Assembly: GCA_030390025.1 (NCBI GenBank)
Contig: CM059432.1
Span: 99,574,001 to 99,638,000 of the forward strand
Origin: Squalus acanthias
Lineage: Eukaryota
Length of the DNA stretch: 64,000 nucleotides
Direction: 5' to 3'
Shown: positions 24,984 through 37,224 of the stretch, piece after piece
Numbering within the stretch: position 1 is the first letter of the stretch
How the letters are laid out: every line of letters begins with the position of its first letter
Position numbers and translations under genes: made by a program
The notes under the pieces: generated by a model
Seen by the model: only the letters and a program-made list of their open reading frames with translations
Told to the model about the DNA's origin: nothing
The model's database searches: none

Positions 24984-25956
24984 GCCGCTCCAACCAGGTC
25001 CGCTCCTCCTTCCCCGCTGCCGACCGCTCTGTGGGAGAAAAAGAAAGAAAGGCTCCTCCTCCGCCGCTGTCGACGCTGGTCTGAGGCCTACCTGAGCCTC
25101 GGGGCTCCCTTTATCGACTCGCCGCCGCTCCCGCCGCTCCAACCAGGTCCGCTCCTCCTTCCCCGCTGCCGACCGCTCTGTGGGAGAAAAAGAAAGAAAG
25201 GCTCCTCCTCCGCCGCTGTCGACGCTGGTCTGAGGCCTACCTGAGCCTCGGGGCTCCCTTTATCGACTCGCCGCCGCTCCCGCCGCTCCAACCAGGTCCG
25301 CTCCTCCTTCCCCGCTGCCGACCGCTCTGTGGGAGAAAAAGAAAGAAAGGCTCCTCCTCCGCCGCTGTCGACGCTGGTCTGAGGCCTACCTGAGCCTCGG
25401 GGCTCCCTTTATCGACTCGCCGCCGCTCCCGCCGCTCCAACCAGGTCCGCTCCTCCTTCCCCGCTGCCGACCGCTCTGTGGGAGAAAAAGAAAGAAAGGC
25501 TCCTCCTCCGCCGCTGTCGACGCTGGTCTGAGGCCTACCTGAGCCTCGGGGCTCCCTTTATCGACTCGCCGCCGCTCCCGCCGCTCCAACCAGGTCCGCT
25601 CCTCCTTCCCCGCTGCCGACCGCTCTGTGGGAGAAAAAGAAAGAAAGGCTCCTCCTCCGCCGCTGTCGACGCTGGTCTGAGGCCTACCTGAGCCTCGGGG
25701 CTCCCTTTATCGACTCGCCGCCGCTCCCGCCGCTCCAACCAGGTCCGCTCCTCCTTCCCCGCTGCCGACCGCTCTGTGGGAGAAAAAGAAAGAAAGGCTC
25801 CTTCTCCGCCGCTGTCGACGCTGGTCTGAGGCCTACCTGAGCCTCGGGGCTCCCTTTATCGACTCGCCGCCGCTCCAACCAGGTCCGCTCCTCCTTCCCC
25901 GCTGCCGACCGCTCTGTGGGAGAAAAAGAAAGAAAGGCTCCTCCTCCGCCGCTGTC
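24984..25956 (-). repeat. Tandem array of ~6.6 copies of a 149-bp GC-rich monomer forming the CR1-C 5' end
   Basis: Units start at 24984, 25133, 25282, 25431, 25580, 25729 and 25869. They are near-identical (one C>T and one 9-bp deletion seen). Confidence 0.97.
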
Positions 25957-27774
25957 GATATGAACCCCCAGATCCCTCTGCTCCTCCACGTTCCTCAGAA
26001 CCCTGCCGTTGACCCTGTAATCCTTATTCAAATTTGCCCTACCAAAATGAATCACCTCGCACTTATCAGGGTTAAATTCCATCTGCCATTTTTCGGCCCA
26101 GCTCTGCATCCTATCAATGTCTCTTTGCAGCCTACAACTGCCCTCCAGCTCATCCACTGCTCCACCAATCTTGGTGTCATCAGCAAATTTACTGATCCAC
26201 CCTTCAGTCCCCTCCTCCAAGTCATTGATAAAAATCACAAACAGCAAAGGACCCAGCACCGACCCCTGTGGCACACCGCTGGTAACTGGTCTCCAGTCCG
26301 AAAATGTTCCATCCACCACCACCCTCTGCCTTCTATGAGATAGCCAGTTACTTATCCAATCGGCCAAATTTCCCTCTATCCCACAACTCCTTACTTTCTT
26401 CATGAGACGACCATGGGGAACCTTATCAAACGCCTTACTAAAATCCATGTATACGACATCAACTGCTCTACCTTCATCTACACACTTAGTTACCTCCTCA
26501 AAGAATTCAATCAAATTTGTTAGGCAAGACTTACCCTTCACGAATCCGTGTTGACTATCCCTGATTAAGTTGCCCCTTTCCAAATGGTCATAAATCCTAT
26601 CCCTCAGGACCTTTTCCATTATCTTACCAACCACCGAAGTAAGACTAACCGGCCTATAATTACCAGGGTCATTCCTATTTCCTTTCTTGAAGAGAGGAAC
26701 AACATTCGCCACTCTCCAGTCCTCTGGCACCATCCCTGTGGACAGTGAGGACCCAAAGATCAAAGCCAGAGGCTCTGCAATCTCCTCCCTTGCCTCCCAA
26801 AGAATCCTAGGATATATCCCATCTGGCCCAGGGGACTTATCGACCCTCAGGTTCTTCAAAATTGCTAAAACATCTTCCCTCAGAACATCTACCACCTCCA
26901 GCCTATCCACCTTTATCACACTCTCATCCTCAAGAACATGGCCCCTCTCCTCGGTGAACACTGACGAAAAGTATTCATTCATCACCTCTCCCATCTCTTC
27001 TGACTCCATGCACAAGTTCCCACTACTGTCCTTGACCGGCCCTACCCTCACCCTGGTCATTCTTTTATTTCTCACATAAGAGTAAAAAGCCTTTCTTGAA
27101 AGAAGAAATGTCAGCGTTTGACAGCTCTGTGAAGCTGTCAAACACTGACATTCTGTGTAGTTTGATGAGTCCTTGTGTTAAGGACTCATCAAACCTTTCA
27201 ACTTTGCAGAAATAACCTGGCTGTTGGTTCGGAGGATCCAACAGCCAGCCTATGAAGTTAACAGGCAGTTAATAGGATTTAATCCCTTTCCTGCCTCGAG
27301 GAGATGGTACCCGGGGCAGGACGGCTTCCCACCTCCTGGCAAAAGGGCACAGAGGTGGGATGGGGGTGGGTTTGTCAGCTGCACCCACATTCTGCAACTT
27401 TACCAGCAATCCCGCCTCCATACCCACCTCCTCGGGGCTGACAAAATCCAGCCCAAAGTATTTGTTTAATTTTTCTGCCATTTCCTTATTCCCCATTATA
27501 ATTTCTCCTGTCTCAGCCTGTAAGGGACCCACATTTACTTTTGATAGTCTTTTCTTTTTTGCATACCTATAGAAGCTTTTACAGTCTGTATGTCTCGCAA
27601 TGTTATTCTCATTCTATTTTCCCTTTCCTTATTAATTTCTTGATCCTGCTTTGCAGAATTCTAAAATCCTCACAATCCTCAGGCGTACTACGCTTTTTGG
27701 CAACATTATAAGCCTCTTCCTTTGATCTAATACTATACACAGCACCAGCGGTGTTCGACGGGATCGGGACAATC

Positions 27775-28600
27775 ATGGCCGTGCCTACGGGATTTATCAG
27801 AAACCTCAGCATATATGACCGAGCTTGCGAACCATTCAGTTCTTACATTGAGAGGGTGGCGATGTTTTTTAAGGCCAATAACATTATTGAGAATGAAGGT
27901 GTAGTTGAGAATGTTCAAGCTCAAAATAAAGGAATTCGTGAATGGAATAAGGCTATTTTTCTAACAGAGATCGGGCCATATGTCTACAGAGCATTAACAA
28001 ACCTACTCGCACCAGTGAAAGTGAAGGATGTGTCGTTTGAAGACATTGTTGAGAAACTTGAGGACCATTTCAACCCAAAGCCGTTAGTAATAGCAGAGGG
28101 CTATAAGTTTGGTACCAGAAACCAAAAACAAAGTGAAACCATCAGTGAGTACATTGTAGCTCTTAAGAACCTGTCTTTGCATTGTAACTTCAGCACATTT
28201 TTGGATCGTGCGTTGCGAGATAAGTTTGTGTGTGGACTGGTGGATGAGCGCACACAGTCCAAGTTACTGAACACTCTGAACCTAACATTTGACTTAACAT
28301 GCAAAATTGCCCTATCTATGGAGATGGCGTCTAAGAATGCAAGGGAGCTCCATCCAACTCAAGTGACTAGTGCAGCTGAGGTCTACAACCACCGCCAAAT
28401 CTAAAGCTGTGAGACTAGGTCAAAAGCATGTCGGTGAGAGCAGTTCAGTGAATTGTTATTGCTGCAATGGAAATCACTCACCACAGTCCCGCCAATACAG
28501 AAATGTGAAGTGTTTCACTGCCAGAAACGAGGCCATAATTTAACAGCTTGAAGAGCTAGATCTAAAGCAGGAAATAAGAACCATTCTAGTGGCAATGAAA
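27775..28600 (+). pseudogene. Gypsy gag, with a premature stop at 28404 and a decayed zinc-knuckle region after it
   Basis: MAVPTG...SYIERVAMFFKANNI...RNQKQSETISEYIVALKNL...LRDKFVCGL. Confidence 0.88.
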
Positions 28601-28637
28601 GCAGCAACAACAAAAGGGAAGAGTTCACAATATTGAA

Positions 28638-30518
28638 GTGACCACACCTGATGTTGAAGGACTAGGCATCTACAGTATCTATGCCACTAGCGGAAATGCT
28701 AGCAGTCATGAGAAAGACTTCCGTACAAAACATTTGGTCAACAAGCAATATATTGATATGTGTATCGATACAGCGGCGGACTGCTCCATCATGAGAAAGG
28801 ACACATATGAGAGTAAGTTTAATCAAATACCACTTACAAAGAGTACCATAGAGTTAAAAACCTGCTCTGGAGAAATCCGAGAGACATGTGGGCAAATGGA
28901 GTGTACAGTTCAACACAATAGCCAGTCAGTAAAGCTGCCTATTATTGTAGTGAGCTACAACAACAGGCCAACCCTCATGGGCAAAGACTGATTGAGAAAG
29001 TTAAAGCTAGACTGGAAAAATATCTTCAACGTAAATGCTTCAAAGAAGTGACTCGATACAATGCTGAACAAGTACGAAAGCTTGTTCACACACAGGGCAT
29101 CACTGTGTGTGACGCGCATATCCACATCAAGTCCAACACAAAGCATGTCTATTGTAAGGCAAGGCCAGTCCCCTATGTGTTGAAAAGTCAGGTGGAGGAA
29201 GAGCTAGTGAAGCTCAGAGAGAACGGAGTGCTAGTAAAAACTGACAAAAGTGAATGGGCTACCCCAATTGTGGTAGTGCCCAAAGCAAACAAAACTGTAC
29301 TCTTGTGCGGTGACTACAAAGTTACTATCAACCAAGCAGTTGACGATGAGCAGTACCCGTTACCTACATCGCTAGATTTGTATGCAGTGCTCTCTGAGTC
29401 AAAGGTTTTCTCCAAGATTGACCTGTCACACACTTACACTCAGCTGCATGTTGACAAAGAGAGGCAACAGTATCTCACCATCAACACACACAAGGGACTG
29501 TACTTATACACCAAGCTGCCGTATAGTGTAAAGTCCTCCCCCAAAATCTTCCAGGCTATGATGGATAAGATTTTGCAAAGAGTTCAAAAATGCTTATGCA
29601 ATCAAGATGATGTGCTGATTACAACAAGCAGTGAGGAAGAAAATGTAGAAGTGTTAGATATAGTGCATCAAAGGTTGAATGCCCACAATATCAAATTGAA
29701 AAGGAGCAAATGTGCTTTTGTGCAGCCCAAGGTTGTGCACCTTGGTCTGAAAGTTGATGCAAATGGTTTGTAACCAGTGAAGGAAAAGGTTGATGTTGTC
29801 ATCAATGTTTCAAAGCCACAGAACGTGTCTGAGTTAAGATCTTTCCTTGGAATGGTCCAGTACTACGCACGTTTCTTACCTGAGTTAGCAACCATGTTGG
29901 CTCCATTACATAAGCGCCTCAAGAAGGATGTCCAGTGAAAGTGGACAAAAGCGCAACAGGAAGCTTACAACGCTTGTAAGAGAAGTCTCTCAAGTGATGC
30001 TCTACATGTGCACTATGACACAGAGCATGAGCTTAAGTTAACGTGTGATGCTTCTAGCTATGGAGCTATCATAAGCCACATAATGGATGACGGCCAAGAG
30101 AAACCAATTGCCTTTGCATCGCGAACCCTCACAAAGAGCGAAAGAAACTGCATGCAAATTGAAAAGGAAGCTCTCGCCATCGAGTTTGGAAGCAAAAAAT
30201 TCCAACAGTTCCTGATCGGCAGAAAGTTTACCCTGATAACTGATCACAAACTGCTCTTAGCAATATTGGGGCACAAATCTGCCATCCCTGCAATGGCCGC
30301 ATCAAGAATGCAACGTTGGGCAGTGTTTTTGTCACAATATGACTACACAATTGAATATCTCACTTCAAATCAGAACGCAATCGCAGATGACTTGTCCAGG
30401 TTGCCACATGAGGACTAACGTTTTGGCAGTTGGCAAAGCCTTTCCCGTGAATGCAACTGAAATTGCAGATGAGACTCAAAAGGACTCAGTACTGAAAAAG
30501 AGTGTATGAAAACACCGA
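28638..30518 (+). pseudogene. Gypsy pol (protease, RT, RNase H), disrupted
   Basis: IDTAAD (protease); WATPIVVVPK, CGDYK, KIDLS and QDDVLI (RT); CDASSYG, EKEALAI and TDHK (RNase H). Confidence 0.92.
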
Positions 30519-31061
30519 TGGGGAAAAATTTGTCCCCGTAGCTCCTCCCGTTACCATCATCCACTGGTGCTAACGGGGTGCTGGAGCATTATTGCTGGGG
30601 TGAGGCAAATCCGGCACTGCACGACAAATCCCAACCCCCCATAGTGCCGCCGGTAACAGTTATCGCTGGGAGCCTCAACGCCAGGTGGATCGTGATGTCA
30701 CTGAGTGTGCAATGCTCCTTGACCACCCGATCTTTGAAATTGATTGTTGCCACCTACCTTAGAGCCTGGAGTAAACAGCGACAGGGAAAGCTGGCATGAA
30801 GCAGCAGGAAGCTGGCTCCAGGGATGTTATTTAAAGGGATCATCAGTAATGACTTGCAGCTGTCCGGTTAGTGGAGTTTCAGTAGTTTCTTGTCAGTTTC
30901 ACATAGTCCAACAGTTCCATTCAGTAATTTCAAGTTTATTTTGTATGACGAGTGTTGTGGCAACTAAAAAGTAGTTACATTTATTCTTTAAAAAATGAAA
31001 CTGCCACACTTGGTTACATTAATAGGGGCTATACTGGCAGTCAACCTTGCCCTCCAGGATC

Positions 31062-31420
31062 TATGGCAGAGGCAGCGAAAAAGACTGGAACATGTGGCCA
31101 GAGGGAGGAGGAGGGCCATCAGGGCTCTCAACAGGAGGCCTTACCCTCCGAGGGTATTCTGAGAACACTTCTCCTACCTCCAATTAAGCAAGCAGCAGTG
31201 TATTAGAAGACTCCACTTCAGCAAAGAGGTGGTCACAGAACTCTTGTCTCCTCCTACAACCAGACCTCCAGCCTCAGATCAGGGCGACCACGGCTCTCTC
31301 AGTGGCAGTCAAGGTCACCGTCGCCCTCAATTTCTTGCCAGCGGATCCTTCCAGTCTGCAACAGGAGATATAGCTAACATCTCACAATTCACTATCCATC
31401 GCTGCATCTGGGCAGTCATA
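31062..31420 (+). pseudogene. 5' fragment of a HARBI1-like transposase
   Basis: Encodes NRRPYPPRVF...LNFLASGSFQSATGDIANISQFTIHRCI. Truncated. Confidence 0.8.
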
Positions 31421-31904
31421 GAAGAAGGGTGTTGGGAATGCACAAGGAGATGATAAGTGCAATGGCAAGGGTGCCCAAGAGCCTCTCGGCAATGATAAGA
31501 AGCGTGGAGGAGTCCACCTCCAACATTGCACAGAGCTCTGCACACACCATGGAGCCCATCATTTCCAGTCTGCAAAGGATGGTAGACTCCGAGAGACCGT
31601 GACGACCCAGACCTGATGCCGCATGTGATGGGCGATCTGGCAGCTTCCATTGCAGCACAGGCAGAAGCGACGCAATGTCTTCATGCTGTAATGCAGTCTA
31701 TGCTTGGTGGCATCTAAGGGATTGCACAAGGGTGAATAGTTAATATTTTTGTTGCAATTATGTGTTCACTGATTATTGATAAATTTATTACTTCAGTTTG
31801 GATTCTTTTGTGGTGTCTCTCATTTCAGCTTTGCGCTGTGATAGGGCCTGTGGCAGGGATAGAATGATGGGGATCTGGTGAGCAACGGGGATCTAGGATT
31901 TAAT

Positions 31905-33040
31905 TCAGTCGAACCACAGTCTGATGAGGTGGTCACGGACCACCCTTCCGGAAGGCTGATTGAGTGGCTGCCTCGTCCCTCGCTCCTGTTCCTCCTCATC
32001 CTCCTCATCTTCATCTTCCTCCTCCTCCTCTCCCTCTTCCTCCTCCTGAGGTGGTCCTGCAATCCCTTGTGGCAAGGGCTGGGCCCTCATGGTGGCCAAG
32101 TTGTGGAGCATGCAACAGACCACCATGAAATGGGACACCCGCTCAGCTGAGTACTGGAGGGCTCCTCCCGAGTGGTAAAGGCAGCGGAACCGTTGCTTGA
32201 GCACCCCAATGGTCTGCTCAATGATGTTCCTGGTGACATCATGACTCTCATTATATGACTGCTGGGCAGGAGTTTTGAGGTTGCGCAGGGGAGTCATGAG
32301 TCAAGTGGAGAGCGGATAGCCCTTGTCTCCGAGCTGCCAGCCGTGAGCTTGACATGGTGGCTGGAAGAGTGCAGGCATAGGATGAAGATATCGTGCCTGC
32401 TGCCAGGATAGCTGGCATTGACATTGAGGATTAGCTGTCTGTGGTCGCACACCAACTGCACATTAAGTGAGTAATAGCCTTTGCAGTTACGGAAGATCTC
32501 AGGATTGTTATGCGGTGCTCGCAAAGCCACGTGGGTGCAGTCAATGGTGCCCTGTGCCATGTGGAATACCGCTATCGTGGCAAAGCCATGTGCATGTTTG
32601 TCTTGCTTCTCTCTAGTAATGGGGAAGGTAATGTAGTCCCTTCTCCTACTGTAGATAGCCTCTGTGACCTCCCGAATGTAGCGATGGATGGCGAACTGCA
32701 AGATGTTAGCTATGTCTCCTGTTGCAGACTGGAAGGATCCACTGGTGAAGAAATTGTGGGCAATCGTGACATTGACTGCCACAGAGAGAGCCATGGTCGC
32801 CCTGATCTGAGGGTGGAGGTCTGGTTGCAGGAGGTGGCAGAGTTCTGTGAGCACCTCCTTGGTGAAGTGGAGCCTTCTAATACCCTGCTCCTCACTTACT
32901 TGAAGGTAGGAGAAGTGTTCTGTGAGCTCGGAATACACTTGGAGGGTAAGGCATCCTATTGAGAGCCCTGATGGGCCTCCTCCTCCCTCTGCCCACATGT
33001 TCCAGTCTTTCTCGCTGCCTCCGCTCTCTCGACTATAGAT
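31905..33040 (-). pseudogene. HARBI1-like DDE transposase, frameshifted
   Basis: FFTSGSFQ, GTIDCTHVAL, YSLNVQLVCD, YPGSRHD and RNIIEQTIGVLKQRFRCL...CCMLHN, with an acidic tail. Confidence 0.92.
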
Positions 33041-33592
33041 CCTGGAGGGCGAGGTCGACTGCCAGTGCAGCCCCCATTAATGTAACCAAGTGTAGCAATT
33101 TGATTTTTTAAAGAATATGTGTAGCTACATTTTAGTTGCCACAACACTCCTGATACTAAATAACCTTGAAATCACGGAATGAGACTGTTGCACTATGTGA
33201 AACTGACAAGAAAGCACTGAAACTCCACTAATCTACAGCTGCTACTCATTACTGTTGATCCCTTTAAATAACATCCCTGGAGCTGGCTTCCTGTGGCTTC
33301 ACGCCATCTCTCCCTGGAGCTATTTCCTCCAGGCGTTAAGGTAGGTGGCGGCAATCAATTTCACAGATCGGGCGGTCAGTGAGCATTGCACACTCACTGA
33401 TGTCATGATCCACCTGCCATTGAGGCTCCCGGCAATAACTGTTTGCGACGGCGCTGTTGGGGTGGTGAGATTTGGTGTGCAGCGCTGGATTTGCCTTGCC
33501 CCAGCAAACAGGAGGCACTATGGTAACGAATTTTTGCCCCAACTTTTCTACTGATACTGCCCATTCCTGGGCTATAATGAATTTTTAGCCCC

Positions 33593-34034
33593 TTCAATGG
33601 ATGGACTGATCAATGTATGGACACAGAATTGAAACCATTCCATAACCGTTCGTACTGAATTTTCTTGTGAGCAAGGTTCTATCGAGTGGGGAAACAGAGT
33701 GGTGGTACCTACTTCTTTGAGAATTAGAATTCTGGCCGAACTTCATACTGAACATCCAGGGATCGTCAGTATGAAATCAATTACAAGAAGCTTTGTTTAC
33801 TGGCCTGGATTGAACAGTGATCTTGAAACACTTGATCATGAACACATACATGAGTTTGACTCAGTTCAGACTTCAGTAACTGAAGTACCAGGTTCAAACA
33901 AGTCTGAGAGAGAAACAGGATCATCTTTGAGTTCGGAACCAAAACAAAACAGCCCGAAAATTGGTTCAACACCAAAACCTTCTGTAAGGAGATCAGGAAG
34001 GCTCCGCAAACCTGTTATTAAACTGGATTTGTAG
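33593..34034 (+). pseudogene. Gypsy integrase remnant (catalytic core deleted)
   Basis: RVVVPTSLRIRILAELHTEHPGIVSMKSITRSFVYWPGL is joined directly to the C-terminal RRSGRLRKPVIKLDL. Confidence 0.85.
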
Positions 34035-34159
34035 TTAATTTAAAAGAAAAAAAAGCCGGGAGTTTTTGTTACATGTTACATGTAATGATGGAAAAGTTGG
34101 GACCATAGTTTTGTTGTATTTGAGAGGGGAATACATATTTTTTTTTAAGTGGAATTCAG

Positions 34160-34308
34160 TGTAATGTATTATCACATGGTTTGTCATATGGTTTATCACA
34201 TGGTTTGGTATGAGCACGCTCAGTTCGCTCTGGCCTAATAAAGCAAGCACAGGGATTAGCAACTCATTGTCCCTCTGTCCTTCATTTGTTCTACCCACAT
34301 ATATTGCA
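34160..34308 (+). repeat. 3' LTR (149 bp)
   Basis: Matches the 5' LTR with roughly 9 substitutions and one extra 12-bp unit. Confidence 0.92.
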
Positions 34309-34449
34309 CACACGTTGTTAAATGCGGAAAAAAACAATATGCATCACCAACCCATTCTCCGATGCCACCCTCCCCGAAAACAGGAAATAAAATTGAGGAT
34401 AATCCAGCCCATAATTTAATCTTGCTAATATATTCATATGGAAATCTAT

Positions 34450-35208
34450 GGGCTGGATTTTGTCTTGGGGTCGGGTTGGGGTCGTGTAATCCGCATTTCG
34501 TGTTTCCCCCCCGACTCCAGATTAATGTGGATGCCTGATGCAATTTTCATTTAATTGGGCAATTGAGTTGGAGCATGTGGGAACCCATGAACTAATTAGT
34601 GTTTTCAGTCTGAAAGCCGCCTCTGATGATGTCATCATTGCTGACTGGCTAGTCTCAGAGACTGTTGGTGAGAGAGGACCTGCGTGGCTTGCTTTTGATG
34701 TGAGTGGACCTGGATGCAAAAATGGGGTGGGGGGGGAGAGAGAGAGAGAGAGAGAATTTTTTTGCCAAGCAAGTCGTCCCAGGCAGTCTCTGAAGACATT
34801 CAATGCAGCAGCATCAGAGGTGGCGTTCAGACCTATTACTACTACTACTACCTTCATCACATCTCCGTTGTAATAGTGGACCTGCAGCCGATAGTCAGCT
34901 ATCCACTTGTGCTCCCGCCAGGTTTCACTGGAGTGTTTCACACCAGGCGTGCTTCACGTCAGAAGAGGGTTAAACTAGCTACAGCATTTCAAAATGGCAT
35001 TACAGAGCCAATTTAGAGCTTGTTAAGGGCTTTAATGGCCTCTCCTGCCTCTTGAAGGCGGGACGGAGTCGGGAACCCCACGACTGATTATGTCAAAATT
35101 GCGTGGAGGCGGGATGGAGTCGGGTTGGGGTCGGAAACCCCGACTCCGCAAATTTAACCCCCCACACGCCTCCAAACCCGACTCCATGGGTCATTCAAAA
35201 TCCAGCCC
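34450..35208. mobile_element. Harbinger-type MITE
   Basis: Perfect TIR GGGCTGGATTTT and TSD TAT. Subterminal GGGGTCGGG / CCCGACTCC motifs are shared with 46209-49341. Confidence 0.9.
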
Positions 35209-35225
35209 TATGTCTTCCAAACATG

Positions 35226-35592
35226 AAAGTGTTCACGATCATGAACGGCTTTGAGAGCGTAAATAAGGAGAAACTCTTTCCACTGGCACAAGGGTCAATA
35301 ACCAGAGGACACAGATTTAAGGTAATTAGCACAAGAACCAGAGGCGACATGAGGAAACATTTTTTTACACAGTAAGTTGTTATGGTCTGGAATGAACTGC
35401 CTGAAAGGGTGGTGGAAGCAGATTCAATAATAACTTTCAAAAGGGAATTGGATGAATACTTGAAGGGAAAACATTTACAGGGCTGTGGGGGAAGATCAGG
35501 GGAGTGGGACTAATTGGATAGCTCTACCAAAGAACTTGCACAGGCACGATGGGCTGAATGGCCTCTTTGTGTGTTGTATCATTCTACGATTC
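35226..35592 (+). mobile_element. Old CR1 3' fragment
   Basis: KLFPLAQGSITRGHRFKV...MRKHFFTQ followed by a CR1-type 3' UTR and ATTCTA tail. Confidence 0.8.
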
Positions 35593-36518
35593 CTTGAAAT
35601 ACTTTTTCCATCTGTTGTGCGATTGAAATATTTGTGATTTTTTTTCCTCATAATTAGAGGTTGAACTATTGGTGGAGGGAGGATTTTAACTGGAAGCAGG
35701 TTTCGGGTGGTCAAGGAGTAGGGCATATATCAAACTCGCCCGACATCATCAATTTGAGGGCCGGGCTATTTTAACTCGTGGGCCTCATTTTCATCCCGCC
35801 GGCCATGTGCCCACCCGAGACAGTAGTTTAAGATCGGGCAGCCCCACAAGCACTCAGATATGTTGCAGGGGCCCAGATCTTCCCTTCTGGTGCCTGGAGA
35901 AGCACTCCTGAAATTCCAGGCCACACAAAGGAAAGTTTTGCTCTTACTTTGCCTCTTCTTCCTGCAGACCAAGTTTCACTGACTGGGGCGGCTGCGCCAT
36001 CATAGGATCCTGATTTACATGTATTAATGGACCTCCTGCCTGAGTCAGGTGGGCACCTCAGTCACCTATATAAAGGGCCCAGTTAAGGTGGTGGTGGGTG
36101 ACATTTGAGCGGGTGTGGCCCAGTAAGTTTTCAGAAGTGGTTTTATCTGCGCTGTCGCCCTGTTTCCACCAGGCAGGATGATTTAAAATCGGCCTGATTA
36201 TATCTACAAAAACTTGATGCTGAGCATTATTTTCAGCTCTCTTTAGGAAGAGGTTAGACTAGATCGTCTCATTAATGTTATTGCCCATTATGTTAGTTCA
36301 AAAGCCTCAAGCTATACCTGTTCCCACTCATTAGCTTTTGCTTCATAAGCTTTTGATAGATAGCTTTGTACCTAAGCACATTTTTGGACTTTGATGGTTT
36401 ATACCTACAGGTGTTGAGGCCTCTAGGTTGAGCTGCAGCTGAGTTCCACATCCTTTGTTTCATCCTATGTTAAGCTCTATTGCTCATATTAAACCATCAG
36501 ACAAATGACTAACTGCTA

Positions 36519-36965
36519 GAAAAAGAAAGACTTGCATTTATAAAGCATTTTTCATGACCTCAGGACATCCAATTAAGTACTTTTGAAGTGTAGTTACTTT
36601 TCCACTGTAGGAAACACGGCAGCCAATATGCGCACAGCAAGGTCCCACTAACAGTATTGAGATATTGACCAGAAAATCTGTTTTAGAGACATTGATTGAG
36701 GGATAAATATTGGCCAAGACATTGGGAGAACTACCCTGCTCTTCTTTGAAATAGTGTCATGGGATCTTTTATGCCCACGAGAGAGAGCAGATAGGGTCTC
36801 AGATTAACATCTCCTGCTAAAGACAGCACCAATGACAGTGCAGGATTCCTTCAGTACTGCACTGAAGTGTCAGCCTAGATTATGTGCTCAAGTCTCTGGA
36901 GTGGGACTTGAGCCCACAACCTTCTGATTCAGAGGCAAGAGTTCTACGACTAAGACACGGCTAAC
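36519..36965 (-). mobile_element. tRNA-derived SINE, same family as 15694-16168
   Basis: Reverse-complement similarity along its whole length. Confidence 0.85.
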
Positions 36966-37224
36966 ATTAGTGGTACTACAACCACATAGTGTGACCAGTT
37001 TTTGGCCACTGCTGCCTCTACTCTTTCTTGGTAAATGGCTTTTCCTCTTCTTTCCAGGCAGTACATAAAAGTGTAAGTGGTCTGAACGTTTTGCTTTCAT
37101 GTAAGTTGAATCCGCCTATATGGCAGCAAGATCCTGGAAAGCAATAGTGTGACCTTGTGATGTGAACTAGATACCTTTTACATGTGGACTTCTGATATCT
37201 CTCTGAAGGCAGACCAGTGAACAC

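Larger units (their letters stand above)
20596..25956 (-). mobile_element. CR1-C: full-length CR1 LINE with open ORF1 and ORF2 and a tandem-monomer 5' end
   Basis: TSD GATAT at 20591-20595 and 25957-25961, 8-bp tail repeat and uninterrupted ORFs. Confidence 0.96.
19913..27092 (-). mobile_element. CR1-B: young 5'-truncated CR1 in two pieces (19913-20595 and 25957-27092)
   Basis: (ATAGAAC)n tail on the plus strand. Both halves are stop-free and rejoin as RDLGVHI|HRSLKVATQV. Confidence 0.93.
19723..27454. mobile_element. Harbinger-type MITE in two pieces (19723-19912 and 27093-27454), split by CR1-B
   Basis: Perfect 12-bp TIR GGGCTGGATTTT / AAAATCCAGCCC with flanks AAT / AAA. Confidence 0.8.
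18020..27735 (-). mobile_element. CR1-A: old 5'-truncated CR1 in two pieces (18020-19722 and 27455-27735), inserted in the Gypsy leader
   Basis: Fragmented RT ORFs. The sequence rejoins across the MITE as GAAGACAGACTCAA|AGTATTTG. Confidence 0.9.
30520..33592. mobile_element. Composite of two same-family Harbinger copies in opposite orientation, inserted in Gypsy pol
   Basis: 30520-31420 is an inverted copy of ~32690-33540. 33541-33592 is the opposite (Myb-side) terminus and matches 52765-52816 in reverse complement. Confidence 0.85.
17706..34308 (+). mobile_element. Gypsy/Ty3 LTR retrotransposon, decayed, with large nested insertions
   Basis: Two matching LTRs, a PBS, and gag, protease, RT, RNase H and integrase remnants in Gypsy order. 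Confidence 0.92.

Noticed and set aside
24984..25956. CRISPR-like array or four repeated 67-aa genes
   Set aside because: Contiguous identical monomers with no spacers and no cas genes. The ORFs are by-products of the repeat.
25684..27141. 485-aa RT ORF with a novel C-terminus
   Set aside because: Chance read-through from MITE sequence through truncated CR1-B into the CR1-C monomers.
31905..33040. Domesticated host HARBI1/MSANTD genes
   Set aside because: Multiple frameshifted copies bounded by TIRs indicate transposon remnants.
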